From the IMG/VR virus record IMGVR_UViG_3300032222_000250: a stretch of 64,000 nt of DNA, one strand, 5' to 3'. The notes under the pieces were generated by a model. It was not told the DNA's origin, ran no database searches, and saw only the letters and a program-made list of their open reading frames with translations. The stretch's first letter is position 1. Each line of letters starts with the position of its first letter. Position numbers and translations under genes: made by a program. Of the stretch, positions 46,197 to 55,723 are shown one piece after another. The stretch comes from an uncultured virus (IMG/VR IMGVR_UViG_3300032222_000250). Taxonomy: Duplodnaviria; Heunggongvirae; Uroviricota; Caudoviricetes.

Positions 46197-46803
46197 TGAA
46201 ATAAAAAAACTCTTGGAATCTTCAAGAGCAATGAAAGGTGATGATATCCTTTTAAATGAAGTTAGAAACACTTTGAAAAAGAGTGGATTATTAACAGAGC
46301 AAGGCTCTGAAGGTTATGAAACAGCTACAAATACTTTAGGTAGTCCAAGACCCAATTTGGCTGCGGATACTGAAGAAGAACTTGAAATGTCTGCAAACCC
46401 AAAAGAAGATAAACAACAAGCCTATCGTGTGTCAGGTGGTATATTGGTTATGCATGGTAAGAATAAAGGTGATTTAGAAATCACTACAGAAGAAAAAAGA
46501 GCGTTCCAAGAAACTATGGATGAATTCATCAATGAAGTTTCTGAAATGGTTGATTTCTATCCATTAAACATGTACCCAACGTCTGTGGAATGGTCAGGTA
46601 AAGTTATTGACCAAGATTTAGAATTTTTCTATTCTATCGGTGAAAATAATGGTGTATATGTTAATGGTACTATGAGTAGAGTTGATGAAGATTTTTTAAC
46701 TTTTATAACAAAACTTAAATCATATTACCAAAAATTTAAAACAAAGTGGGCTAAAGTTTTAGCGGCAAGAAAGAAAACACAAACTTCTGAGGAGGACCAA
46801 TAA
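46180..46803 (+). CDS. Hypothetical protein
   Basis: Likely start MNNSYDEIKKLLE, overlapping the amidase stop. Confidence 0.65.
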   Translation: MNNSYDEIKKLLESSRAMKGDDILLNEVRNTLKKSGLLTEQGSEGYETATNTLGSPRPNLAADTEEELEMSANPKEDKQQAYRVSGGILVMHGKNKGDLEITTEEKRAFQETMDEFINEVSEMVDFYPLNMYPTSVEWSGKVIDQDLEFFYSIGENNGVYVNGTMSRVDEDFLTFITKLKSYYQKFKTKWAKVLAARKKTQTSEEDQ

Positions 46804-47141
46804 TGAAAAAAAGAGAAATTCTTTGGATTGTCGTGATTATTCTTTTAGTTGTAACTTTTTTACTAACCAATAACCAAACACCATCAAAGTTTGATGAACA
46901 ATCTTTTCAAAAAAGAATAGATTCATTAAGTTTGATTATTGAAAATAATAACAAAATTAAAGACTCGTTAGAGTTAGACAACAAAAATAGACAAATTAAA
47001 ATTGGTGAATTATCAACCAAATTAACAAAGTTAAATGAAAAATCTAAATATTATGAAAAAAAATATAAAGAAGAATTGGATATTATTAATGATATGTCTG
47101 ATGATGACATCATTGGTGCATTCTCAAACACCTTCAAATGA
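46803..47141 (+). CDS. Protein with an N-terminal TM segment and coiled coil (spanin-like)
   Basis: ILWIVVIILLVVTFLL then a heptad region; overlaps the next gene. Confidence 0.5.
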   Translation: MKKREILWIVVIILLVVTFLLTNNQTPSKFDEQSFQKRIDSLSLIIENNNKIKDSLELDNKNRQIKIGELSTKLTKLNEKSKYYEKKYKEELDIINDMSDDDIIGAFSNTFK

Positions 47142-47466
47142 TAATTGTGTAGTTCCATGTAGTGCATTAAAAAATGCTCTTAAAGTAAAAGTTCAATATG
47201 ATTATTGCTATAATCAACTTAGTGTAACAAGAGATTCAATTTTATTGTTGGATAGTATTAGTCTTCAAAAAGACACCATCATTCTTAATAAAAATAAAGA
47301 AATTATTTTGTTAGAGGACAATGTAGTACAGATAAATAAAATTGCTACCGAACATGAACAAAGAGCTAATTTTTATAAGGGAGAAGCTGATAAACAAAAA
47401 AGATTAAAAAATCTTTCAATTGGTGGTGGTATTTTAGGGGTGTTGTTATCAATATTGTTTTTATAA
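47035..47466 (+). CDS. Secreted or membrane coiled-coil protein (spanin partner-like)
   Basis: Signal-like N-terminus and C-terminal TM GGGILGVLLSILFL. The start may be 47053. Confidence 0.5.
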   Translation: MKNLNIMKKNIKKNWILLMICLMMTSLVHSQTPSNDNCVVPCSALKNALKVKVQYDYCYNQLSVTRDSILLLDSISLQKDTIILNKNKEIILLEDNVVQINKIATEHEQRANFYKGEADKQKRLKNLSIGGGILGVLLSILFL

Positions 47467-47479
47467 GATATTTATAGAC

Positions 47480-47725
47480 ATGGCATTGACTGCAACAGAA
47501 AAAAAAGAAATTGAAACTTTAGTTCGTAAAGAAATTAAAGATTTTATCGGTACAACTACAGTAAAACAATTTGAAGATAAATTGTTGAATATTGTCATAC
47601 AAGACATGAAAAGAGGTAAGACCGAAAAAGAAATCAAAGATTTGGTCATAAAAATGTTCACAGAATTTTATGGTATGATGTACCAACAAAGAAGTATGTG
47701 GCAAGGTAGATTAAGAAATGCATAA
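47480..47725 (+). CDS. Hypothetical protein
   Basis: ORF following TATTTATA (47469). Confidence 0.65.
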   Translation: MALTATEKKEIETLVRKEIKDFIGTTTVKQFEDKLLNIVIQDMKRGKTEKEIKDLVIKMFTEFYGMMYQQRSMWQGRLRNA

Positions 47726-48426
47726 TGGATAATATGACTAAAAAATTGGTGGATAATGTAGAATCTTCATTGAGAAGAAATAAGGATAATACACCAGAAA
47801 CTTCATTACAGATTGATAAATTTAAAAAATCAGTACAATCTGAGGAAAGTGAAATTGACGAAAAATGGAGTAAAAAATACAAAGATAGTATTGATTGTAG
47901 TAACCCAAAAGGGTTTAGTCAAAAGGCTCATTGTCAAGGAAAAAAGAAAAAAGAAACAAATGAAAAATCAGATAAAAGAAAGAAAAAAGAAGCCGTTGAA
48001 GCCACTAGCTCAGCATCTTCAGGACAATACTCCGCGCCTTTATTCTCTCTCGAGACCCCAAAGGACCCTCTTAGTAAAGTTAGTAAAGTTCAGGAAAGCA
48101 CTGTAATTGGTGGAGAGACAACTGAGGCCACAAGTACATCATCTTCAGGACAATACTCAACACCAGGTTGGGTGGCGCCAAATAAAAAACAATGGAGAGG
48201 GGCCGCTAAAACTCAAATCCCTGGTGGTAAATTTGTACAAATAAAAAAGAAATGTCAAACATTCCCATATTGTAATCAAGGTGATATTAATGCTTTGAAA
48301 TTATATGAAAATGAATTAGTAAAAGAATCAATTACTAATTTATCAAAGAAAATGGGTATAAACGAAAATGTCATAAAAGCTATTATTCAATATGAATTAG
48401 AGCAAAAAATGACCAAAAGAAAATAA
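47725..48426 (+). CDS. Hypothetical protein, probable head-associated
   Basis: KWSKKYKDSIDCSNPKGFSQKAHC motif, repeated EATS.SSSGQYS.P and CQTFPYCNQG. Confidence 0.65.
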   Translation: MDNMTKKLVDNVESSLRRNKDNTPETSLQIDKFKKSVQSEESEIDEKWSKKYKDSIDCSNPKGFSQKAHCQGKKKKETNEKSDKRKKKEAVEATSSASSGQYSAPLFSLETPKDPLSKVSKVQESTVIGGETTEATSTSSSGQYSTPGWVAPNKKQWRGAAKTQIPGGKFVQIKKKCQTFPYCNQGDINALKLYENELVKESITNLSKKMGINENVIKAIIQYELEQKMTKRK

Positions 48427-48451
48427 TAAAGTATTTATAGATAAAATTACA

Positions 48452-49714
48452 ATGAAAAACATTGAAAAACATATTGACGAAATAGTATCAAAAGTTTTGG
48501 CTGAAGCGATTAATTCAAAAGCTAATGATATTTTAACAATGGCTACAGAAGAACTTCACGGTGGTCAGAAAAAAATTGATGTTGCAGAACCGAAAGGTAA
48601 AATCACTGCGGCCGATTTTAAAAAATTAAGAGACAAGAAAGAAAAACCAAGAACACCAGCTGGTTTTGAACATGGTGAGATTGTTTCAGGTGATATGGGT
48701 GAAGGATGGGATGAAGAAAGTGATGGTCAGGGATGGCATGAAGCTAATAAATTATCTAAAAACGAACCGTTGTATAGAGGTACAAAATTTGTTAAAGAAG
48801 ACATCAATGAATATTCATTTGGTGATACTGCAACTGATGATGATTTGAGTTATGATGATATGTTACCAAATGCTGATTACGAAAAACAAATTAAAAAACC
48901 ACATAAAGTAAAAAATGTTGGTGACAAATACGAAAGAAAGATTGGTAAAGAATTCAACGAAGAAGATATGGAAGAGGGTAATGAATTTTCGGGAGCTTTA
49001 GCGGACGCTAAAAAACGTGGTGATAAATCTTTTGAGGTTGATGGTAAAACATATCCGGTAAAAGAATCAATTCAACTTACTGAAGATGAACTTATTGATT
49101 TAATTGAAAAAATTGTTAACGAACAGACTACGGTTCCTGTAACTAACAAGTCATTAAAATCATCAAAAACTGAAAATGATGATTATATTAAGTCAGTAAC
49201 TAAAAAAATGCAAACTTACTTGAAAGATGCATCTAAAGGTAAATATGATATGAACCCAACACAATTTCCAAAAGGTAATGGTGAATTAGCGAAGATGGCT
49301 AAAAAGGCTTATACACCATCAAGTGCTGTTGAAGAATACATTGAGAACTTTGCATACTCACCTGGTATGGAAAACTTACAGTATGATGAAATTAAACCAA
49401 ATGAAGATTGGTTAGAAGCGAACATTGAAGGTTCTTCTAAGACAGGAAACGGTGCTGGTGGAAACGCTATTGACACAGGTTTAGGAAAGAAGATTAATGC
49501 TAAGAGAAAGAAAAACTTGTACGGGGCTGAAAAGAATAGGTCGTACAATAGAGTACCTCAACCAGTTGACCAAGCGGGTGAGGAAACTCACAATAATACT
49601 TTAGATAGTATGTTTAAGAAACTTGGTGAGTCTGAAGACAAAAAGAGTAAATTGATTAACGAAGAGATGGATAAAATGAAACATCTTTTAGGTTACAAGA
49701 AAAAAACTCAATAA
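48452..49714 (+). CDS. Hypothetical protein, probable internal head or scaffold-like protein
   Basis: Charged mosaic with LTEDELIDLIEKIVNE and a C-terminal LINEEMDKMKHLLGY; TATTTATA upstream. Confidence 0.65.
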   Translation: MKNIEKHIDEIVSKVLAEAINSKANDILTMATEELHGGQKKIDVAEPKGKITAADFKKLRDKKEKPRTPAGFEHGEIVSGDMGEGWDEESDGQGWHEANKLSKNEPLYRGTKFVKEDINEYSFGDTATDDDLSYDDMLPNADYEKQIKKPHKVKNVGDKYERKIGKEFNEEDMEEGNEFSGALADAKKRGDKSFEVDGKTYPVKESIQLTEDELIDLIEKIVNEQTTVPVTNKSLKSSKTENDDYIKSVTKKMQTYLKDASKGKYDMNPTQFPKGNGELAKMAKKAYTPSSAVEEYIENFAYSPGMENLQYDEIKPNEDWLEANIEGSSKTGNGAGGNAIDTGLGKKINAKRKKNLYGAEKNRSYNRVPQPVDQAGEETHNNTLDSMFKKLGESEDKKSKLINEEMDKMKHLLGYKKKTQ

Positions 49715-49762
49715 TATACATTTAGTAAAGATTATACTTATATTCTCCATAGATACTTTTCT

Positions 49763-50230
49763 ATGGAGAATTTTTATTCTTGGATGATGAAGCCTGTTAG
49801 TCGGGAAGATGTTGAAGTTTGGTTCAACATGAACAATATGATTTATGAGAAACGTGAGTTGTTTGCGGACTTTACGTATAGTTTAGATTCTTTAGTAAAA
49901 GAAACCTATTTGGGTAATGAACCTAACGATGCTACTGAGACCAGAGTCTTATTAACTGACAAAGAAAAAATGTTACATTTTGATTGGTGTTGGTCAAAGA
50001 CTGTTGAAAATTTTGCAAAAGAAAATATCAGGTTCAAGGTTGAAGGTGAACATAAAGAATATTATCAAAAGTTTTATGAGGATTTATTTTATAATCCTGA
50101 CAACAAATCAATTTCTGAGAATATCCACAAATTCTTTGATGAGTTATTTGATGAGAAAAAAGTATATACCAAGTCAGATTTGGATATGGTTACTGACATT
50201 TATAAGATTCTAAATAAAAACTTAATATAA
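49763..50230 (+). CDS. Hypothetical protein
   Basis: 155-aa ORF. Confidence 0.65.
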   Translation: MENFYSWMMKPVSREDVEVWFNMNNMIYEKRELFADFTYSLDSLVKETYLGNEPNDATETRVLLTDKEKMLHFDWCWSKTVENFAKENIRFKVEGEHKEYYQKFYEDLFYNPDNKSISENIHKFFDELFDEKKVYTKSDLDMVTDIYKILNKNLI

Positions 50231-50293
50231 AAAAACCTTTATTTTATTTACAACCAGCAATAAAAAATTATGATTTAATTAAATTTAAAAAAC

Positions 50294-50470
50294 ATGGAAA
50301 CACTAGAACAACTTAAAGTCTTAATGGAAGAACTTTCTGTAGATACTACAAAATTCTTCAAAGGTAACAAAAGTGCGGGTACAAGAGCTCGTAAACTTTC
50401 TCAAGATATGAAAGCGCTTTTGCAACAACTACGAGGTGAAATCCTTGAAAACAAAAAACAGAATGATTAA
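50294..50470 (+). CDS. Histone H1-like protein of the Hc1 family (58 aa, not in the ORF track)
   Basis: METLEQLKVLMEELSVDTTKFFKGNKSAGTRARKLSQDMKALLQQLRGEILENKKQND contains the Hc1 signature KGNK.AGTRARK. Confidence 0.85.
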   Translation: METLEQLKVLMEELSVDTTKFFKGNKSAGTRARKLSQDMKALLQQLRGEILENKKQND

Positions 50471-50642
50471 TATAGAACCTATATTATTATTTCTATTTGT
50501 GTTCTCATTATTAATTATTTTGAGAACATCAACTAAATTTGCGTCAGCCCTGTCAGTACCAGTTAAATTTGTAATGACTGACAGGGAACGTATTATCAAT
50601 GCGATTGCATTATCATACTTAATCACATATCTTTTATCATGA
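50463..50642 (+). CDS. Small membrane protein
   Basis: Two hydrophobic segments; the start overlaps the Hc1 stop. Confidence 0.55.
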   Translation: MINIEPILLFLFVFSLLIILRTSTKFASALSVPVKFVMTDRERIINAIALSYLITYLLS

Positions 50643-51061
50643 CATTCCAAGAAGTATTACAATACTTATTCCCATATTTTCACGGCATAAGAAAACTAAA
50701 AAATTATGTAAGCGTTGAATTAATTTTCCCAAAAACTTGGGAATTTCCAAATGAAATTTTACAGAAAGCACAAGTTGAACAAAATGAAAAATTTACTGGT
50801 GAAGGTTACTTTTTAATCTTTGTTAGTCAATTAAATGATGATTTTAATCATATGGTTGAAGTCATTGCAGAACTTATTAATCATAACCTTGAGAGAGAAG
50901 AAAAAGAAAGATTACTTAAGATGAAGGTTATGGAACTAAAAGAAATATTTAAATCATCAAGTTTAGATGAACTTAAAGGATTAAAAATTAATCTTGAACA
51001 CGATGATATGGATGATGTTGACCATTTATTGAAAGAAGTTGTAGAAGATGAAGTACAATGA
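50639..51061 (+). CDS. Hypothetical protein
   Basis: ATGA-coupled ORF. Confidence 0.65.
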   Translation: MTFQEVLQYLFPYFHGIRKLKNYVSVELIFPKTWEFPNEILQKAQVEQNEKFTGEGYFLIFVSQLNDDFNHMVEVIAELINHNLEREEKERLLKMKVMELKEIFKSSSLDELKGLKINLEHDDMDDVDHLLKEVVEDEVQ

Positions 51062-51218
51062 GGATTGGTATAAAAAAGAAGAAGCCAAAGACAAAGCGTT
51101 TGTAGACAATTACAAACAACAAATGATTAATTCTTTAAAAGGTTTAAAGAAGGAAGATATTATTAAAATAAAACAATATACATTATGGCAGAGGATAAAA
51201 AAGAGTTTGGGGTTTTAA
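51048..51218 (+). CDS. Small hypothetical protein (56 aa, not in the ORF track)
   Basis: MKYNEDWYKKEEAK...TLWQRIKKSLGF fills the gap between neighbours. Confidence 0.6.
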   Translation: MKYNEDWYKKEEAKDKAFVDNYKQQMINSLKGLKKEDIIKIKQYTLWQRIKKSLGF

Positions 51219-51421
51219 GTGATTTGGCAGAAATTGCTGATAGAGTTAGTGAGATATATCGTGGTAAAGCTACAATTGTATTTGAATTGGATAAAGAAGA
51301 GTATCAGTCGACTTTGAATATGTTCAGAGAAATTGATAGGAATAACGAAAAATTTAAAATTGACATTTCTAATGTTGAATTTATTTATATCCTGAATAAA
51401 TTAGAAGAACCTGGTGTGTAA
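51185..51421 (+). CDS. Hypothetical protein
   Basis: 78-aa ORF. Confidence 0.6.
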   Translation: MAEDKKEFGVLSDLAEIADRVSEIYRGKATIVFELDKEEYQSTLNMFREIDRNNEKFKIDISNVEFIYILNKLEEPGV

Positions 51422-52044
51422 GTGGTTTCTTTTCGGTAAAGAAAATCTTTACTGAAACCTTTTTGTTCAAGTAAATTATAAAGATATTTTTTTTGGGGTG
51501 CTGATGAGTCATTGACAAACATACAGTCACCCCTTTTTAATTTAACAAAATGTTTAGTTAAACTATCAATAAATCTTAATGCGTCTTCGTCACTCTTAAG
51601 TACAAATAAATTTATGTGTTCCTCATTTTGAACAATGATTTTGTTATTTAATTTTGAAACCATTTTAACACCTTGTTTAGATAAGTACTTACTTAAGAAT
51701 GTGTTTATGTTAATTTTATTCTTGGTTTGATAATCTTGAATTGTTTCGGGTTCTCTGTAATCAGCAATCTTTATGATATTATATTCGTCACTATCAAATT
51801 CTAATTTTACGTTTCTCCCAAATTCATCTTTAGTATAAATAGGAAATAATTGGTTTCCTTTTTTTTCAAGTAACGCCAATTCATAATCAACGGATTTACC
51901 ATTTTTGGTTTTGGTTTCAAAAATAACATCTTGGTTTTTATCCAATAAATTTTTATAAAAGTCATTAGCATTTTTGGATGTCATAAATTTATTGATTATC
52001 CTTTTCTTTGACTTATTTTTAAACAAAACAACAAGATAGTTCAT
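51385..52044 (-). CDS. Hypothetical protein
   Basis: 219-aa ORF. Confidence 0.65.
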   Translation of the reverse strand: MNYLVVLFKNKSKKRIINKFMTSKNANDFYKNLLDKNQDVIFETKTKNGKSVDYELALLEKKGNQLFPIYTKDEFGRNVKLEFDSDEYNIIKIADYREPETIQDYQTKNKININTFLSKYLSKQGVKMVSKLNNKIIVQNEEHINLFVLKSDEDALRFIDSLTKHFVKLKRGDCMFVNDSSAPQKKYLYNLLEQKGFSKDFLYRKETTYTPGSSNLFRI

Positions 52045-52978
52045 GAAAGATTATTACGGTATATTAGGTGTTGATAAAAATGCATCTCCTGACGAAATTA
52101 AAAAAGCATATAGGAAATTAAGTAAACAATTTCACCCAGATGTAAACCCTGAAGGTGCTGAAAAGTTTAAAGAGATTGCTGAGGCATATAGTGTTTTAAG
52201 TGATAGTGATAAAAAACACAAGTATGATAATCCATCTATGTTTGGTGGTGGACCGGGAGGTATGAACTTTGAAGATTTTTTAAGTCAGATGGGTTTCAGT
52301 CAAAATCCTTTTAATGGTGGACAACGAAAACCAAACGCACCTGAAAAGATTATCTCAATAGATGTAACACCAATAGAGTCTTATTTGGGTTCTGAGAAAG
52401 AAATAAACTACAGAAGAGAAGTTGGGTGTCAACCTTGTAATGGAACTGGTGGTGAACGTGCCACGTGTACCAATTGTCGTGGTAGTGGTCAAATAGTACA
52501 ACAGGTTGGAAATGGTATGTTTAGTCAAATTATTAGAAATGCATGTCCTTTGTGTCAAGGTAAAGGAACTATGATACTTAAAGCATGTTTTCAATGTGGT
52601 GGTAAATCTAGTGTTGGTGAGTTTAAGAACATTAAGATTAATTTAAACCATGGTATTGATGATGGTGAATATTATAGGATGGAAAAGGCTGGTGATTTTT
52701 ATAATGGAAACTATGGTAACTTATTAATCAAGGTGAATATGGTTAAACATCCTGATTGGGAAAAAATCGGTGACGATTTGATTTATAACAATGTTGTTGA
52801 TTTTGAGGGGTTACAAAAAGAAAGTGTTGAAATCCCACACCCTGATGGAAAAATTGCAATTAAATATCCTGAATTGTTTGATACCTCAACACCGATGAGA
52901 GTAAAAGGTAAAGGTTATAGAAGAGAGAGAGTTGGTGATATGTATGTAAAAAATATTGTTAAGTTTAAAAAAGGGTAG
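52043..52978 (+). CDS. dnaJ: DnaJ chaperone
   Basis: J domain with HPD, G/F-rich linker, four CxxCxG repeats and a C-terminal domain. Confidence 0.92.
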   Translation: MKDYYGILGVDKNASPDEIKKAYRKLSKQFHPDVNPEGAEKFKEIAEAYSVLSDSDKKHKYDNPSMFGGGPGGMNFEDFLSQMGFSQNPFNGGQRKPNAPEKIISIDVTPIESYLGSEKEINYRREVGCQPCNGTGGERATCTNCRGSGQIVQQVGNGMFSQIIRNACPLCQGKGTMILKACFQCGGKSSVGEFKNIKINLNHGIDDGEYYRMEKAGDFYNGNYGNLLIKVNMVKHPDWEKIGDDLIYNNVVDFEGLQKESVEIPHPDGKIAIKYPELFDTSTPMRVKGKGYRRERVGDMYVKNIVKFKKG

Positions 52979-53096
52979 AAAGTAGTTGAAACAATTTAAC
53001 GTGACCATAAATTGAAACTATTAATACCTCAACGGCAAAAACAACCATCCAATTAAATTTAGATTGACCTTTTTCTTTACAAGTTTTACATCCCAT
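52965..53096 (-). CDS. 43-aa membrane peptide [31 protein letters not shown]... (not in the ORF track)
   Basis: Open frame with CxxC and one TM segment; TATTTATT upstream. Confidence 0.55.
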   Translation of the reverse strand: MGCKTCKEKGQSKFNWMVVFAVEVLIVSIYGHVKLFQLLSTLF

Positions 53097-53133
53097 ACTC
53101 TTAATATATTACAATAAATATTTCTTGTAAACA

Positions 53134-53165
53134 TTTGCTTTTTGGATAAAACTTTATTATATTTG
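53134..53165 (+). promoter_or_regulatory. Bacteroidota sigmaA-type promoter
   Basis: TTTG (53134), 20-bp spacer, TATATTTG (53158). Confidence 0.75.
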
Positions 53166-53169
53166 TAGT

Positions 53170-54009
53170 ATGTTAAGTTACATAGGCGGAAAATCAAAAA
53201 TCGGTAAATGGATTAAGGATTACTATCCAACCGATATGGAAACATATGTGGAAACATTCGGTGGAATGTTTTGGTGTTTCTTCAATATGGATTTGAGTAA
53301 GTACCCAAATCTTAAACGAGTGGTATACAATGACTTCAACCCATTGAACTACAACCTATTCTTGTGTCTTCAGAACCCCTCAGTTCTGTTGAATGCTGTG
53401 AATAGTATTCCATGTCAGGAAAGGGGTGTTGAGGACACTCCGAGTATCTATAAAGAGCAATTTAATTTGTTTCAGAAAGAGTTGTTTGCTACGGGGTTTA
53501 CGATTAACTACCCTGACTATGACGTGGCGGCCAAGTACGCTTACATCCTTACATCAATCTTCAGTGGTTCACGACCTGAGACATCAGGGTTCATTGACCT
53601 TAAGGGTAAGTACAAATCAAAGTTTTTGACGTTCAGGGATAAGTTATCAAAACCTGATTGGGTTGAACATTTTAATAAGATATCTCATTTTAGATTGGGG
53701 GATTTTGGTGATGTAATTGATGAGTTTGATAGTCCTACTACATACTTCTATGTGGACCCTCCATATTGGAAGACAGAGAACTATTATTCTAATCACGACT
53801 TTGATGTGGACGACCACAAGAGACTTGCGGACAAGTTAACATCAATAAGTGGAAAATTTTCTCTTTCATATTATGACTTTGATTTACTATCTTTGTGGTA
53901 TCCAAAAGAAACTTACACATGGGAAATGAAGGAGTTTGCTAAGGCGGCTTCAGCGACCAAGGGTAAGACACAGAACATGGGTCAAGAACTTTTAATAATG
54001 AATTATTAA
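53170..54009 (+). CDS. D12-class N6-adenine DNA methyltransferase (Dam-like)
   Basis: SYIGGKS, YVETFGG, YNDFN and YVDPPY. Confidence 0.9.
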   Translation: MLSYIGGKSKIGKWIKDYYPTDMETYVETFGGMFWCFFNMDLSKYPNLKRVVYNDFNPLNYNLFLCLQNPSVLLNAVNSIPCQERGVEDTPSIYKEQFNLFQKELFATGFTINYPDYDVAAKYAYILTSIFSGSRPETSGFIDLKGKYKSKFLTFRDKLSKPDWVEHFNKISHFRLGDFGDVIDEFDSPTTYFYVDPPYWKTENYYSNHDFDVDDHKRLADKLTSISGKFSLSYYDFDLLSLWYPKETYTWEMKEFAKAASATKGKTQNMGQELLIMNY

Positions 54010-54053
54010 AAAAACCACAATTTATAGATATTTATATGACAAAAGGTAAAGAA

Positions 54054-55412
54054 ATGAGATTTCAAGATTTATTGAAGACGGTTATTGTTGAACAATCAAG
54101 AATGGATGTCTTGGCGGACAAGCTTACTAAAGCCGAAAAGGGTAAGAAACCCTTATTAACTCCTGAGGAGTTATTTGCATTGGTTGTGGCTGACCCACAG
54201 ACTAAAGTTGCTGAAGGTGTTGACATAGATAATTTTGATGGTGACTTTTCTGTTGTCAAAAAAGTTGGACCATATGCTCAATGGATAATCAAAACTTACC
54301 TTAACCAACGTCCAAAAGATGAGGAAGGACAATTCCGTGATTTATCTGATAAAATGGCGGCAAATGCGGCTAAAATTATGAGAGCTCAATTCATGGAGGA
54401 CCTTTATAAAATCACCGCTGACTTACAAAAGTTTGACAGACATAAGGGTAAAATACCTTCAGAATTAAGAGATATCAATAAGTTAACACCTGAAAAACTT
54501 TATGACTTGGTTAAAGATTTCTCAATGGAGAAAACCAAAGCATCTAAAGAAGAAAAGAAATTGGCATCTCAAACTTATGAGCATCCAGGTGGAGAGATTG
54601 TATTCCGTGGTCCTAATTGGACAATCGCTAAAGTTGAAGACAAAGGTCAGTTGGGTAAAGACGCGGCTTGTTTCTATGGTGGTAATCAGTTGGAACCAAG
54701 TAAAGGTGAAACAAGATGGTGTACATCAGCACCTGGTTTAAGTTGGTTTGACCGTTACATTAAAGATGGTCCTTTATATGTTGTTATCCCTAACGAATCA
54801 GGTGGAAAGGTAGGTCAAGTATCAGGTCTTCCAGCTGAAAGATATCAGTTCCACTTCCCATCTAATCAATTTATGGATGTTCATGACCGTAGCGTTGACT
54901 TGGTTCAATTATTAAATGGTCCAATGAAGGAATTAAAACCTTACTTCAAACATGAATTTGCTAAAGGTTTATCTAAAGATGCCAAATCTGGTAAAGAATT
55001 GGTTGTTGATTACCCAAGAGATTCTTCATCTAAGTATGTTGCCTTGTATGGTTGGGATGATTTGTTTAAGAACATTGACCCTGGTACTGAAAGAATTGAT
55101 TTTACAAACTCTTCAAACGAACCTTTGGATTTATCATTCCCTAAAGAGTTAGCTAACTTGAAAAACCTTCAAACTTTTTATGTTGAAAAGGGTTTGAGTA
55201 AAGTTCCTGATGAATTGAAAGACCTTAAGAATCTTGAGTTCTTATCACTTCCAAACAACCCTAATTTGAAAGAACTTCCTGAATGGATTGCTGACCTTCC
55301 AAATTTGATTGCGTTGTCTGTTAAAGGAACTAATCCTGATTTGAAAATACCTGAAAGACTACAACAACGTTTTGTTGAGAATGGTGGTGAAGTTTGGTTC
55401 GTTCAAAACTAA
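54054..55412 (+). CDS. 'YG..TRWCT' family protein (paralogue 2) with C-terminal leucine-rich repeats
   Basis: AACFYGG..ETRWCTS; LRRs LANLKNLQTF, LKDLKNLEFLSLPNNPNLKELP and IADLPNLIALSV. Alternative start 54036. Confidence 0.75.
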   Translation: MRFQDLLKTVIVEQSRMDVLADKLTKAEKGKKPLLTPEELFALVVADPQTKVAEGVDIDNFDGDFSVVKKVGPYAQWIIKTYLNQRPKDEEGQFRDLSDKMAANAAKIMRAQFMEDLYKITADLQKFDRHKGKIPSELRDINKLTPEKLYDLVKDFSMEKTKASKEEKKLASQTYEHPGGEIVFRGPNWTIAKVEDKGQLGKDAACFYGGNQLEPSKGETRWCTSAPGLSWFDRYIKDGPLYVVIPNESGGKVGQVSGLPAERYQFHFPSNQFMDVHDRSVDLVQLLNGPMKELKPYFKHEFAKGLSKDAKSGKELVVDYPRDSSSKYVALYGWDDLFKNIDPGTERIDFTNSSNEPLDLSFPKELANLKNLQTFYVEKGLSKVPDELKDLKNLEFLSLPNNPNLKELPEWIADLPNLIALSVKGTNPDLKIPERLQQRFVENGGEVWFVQN

Positions 55413-55702
55413 TGTTTATGAATGTAGATGTTGAAATCTATTTAAAACAAATTTTTCATTTTTTTGATGTCAATCCTGACCAATTAAAAATATTGATTGG
55501 TGATATGAGCAAAGACAAATTCTATGACAAGATTAAAGTCAAAGTGTATGAACATGCTGATAAAGGTGATGAACTTGAATTAACCCGAAAAGAAATGGTT
55601 GATTTAATATTTGAATTATTCAATGAAACACACAAGACAGATGTCAAAGTAAAACAGTCACCATTTATGAAGACTGGTTTTGGTTTGGTTGGTTTAAACT
55701 AA
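55412..55702 (+). CDS. Hypothetical protein
   Basis: ORF coupled to the upstream stop. Confidence 0.6.
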   Translation: MFMNVDVEIYLKQIFHFFDVNPDQLKILIGDMSKDKFYDKIKVKVYEHADKGDELELTRKEMVDLIFELFNETHKTDVKVKQSPFMKTGFGLVGLN

Positions 55703-55719
55703 TTTTTTTATTATCTTTG
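55689..55719 (+). promoter_or_regulatory. Bacteroidota sigmaA-type promoter
   Basis: TTG (55689), 20-bp spacer, TATCTTTG (55712). Confidence 0.65.
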
Positions 55720-55723
55720 TAAA

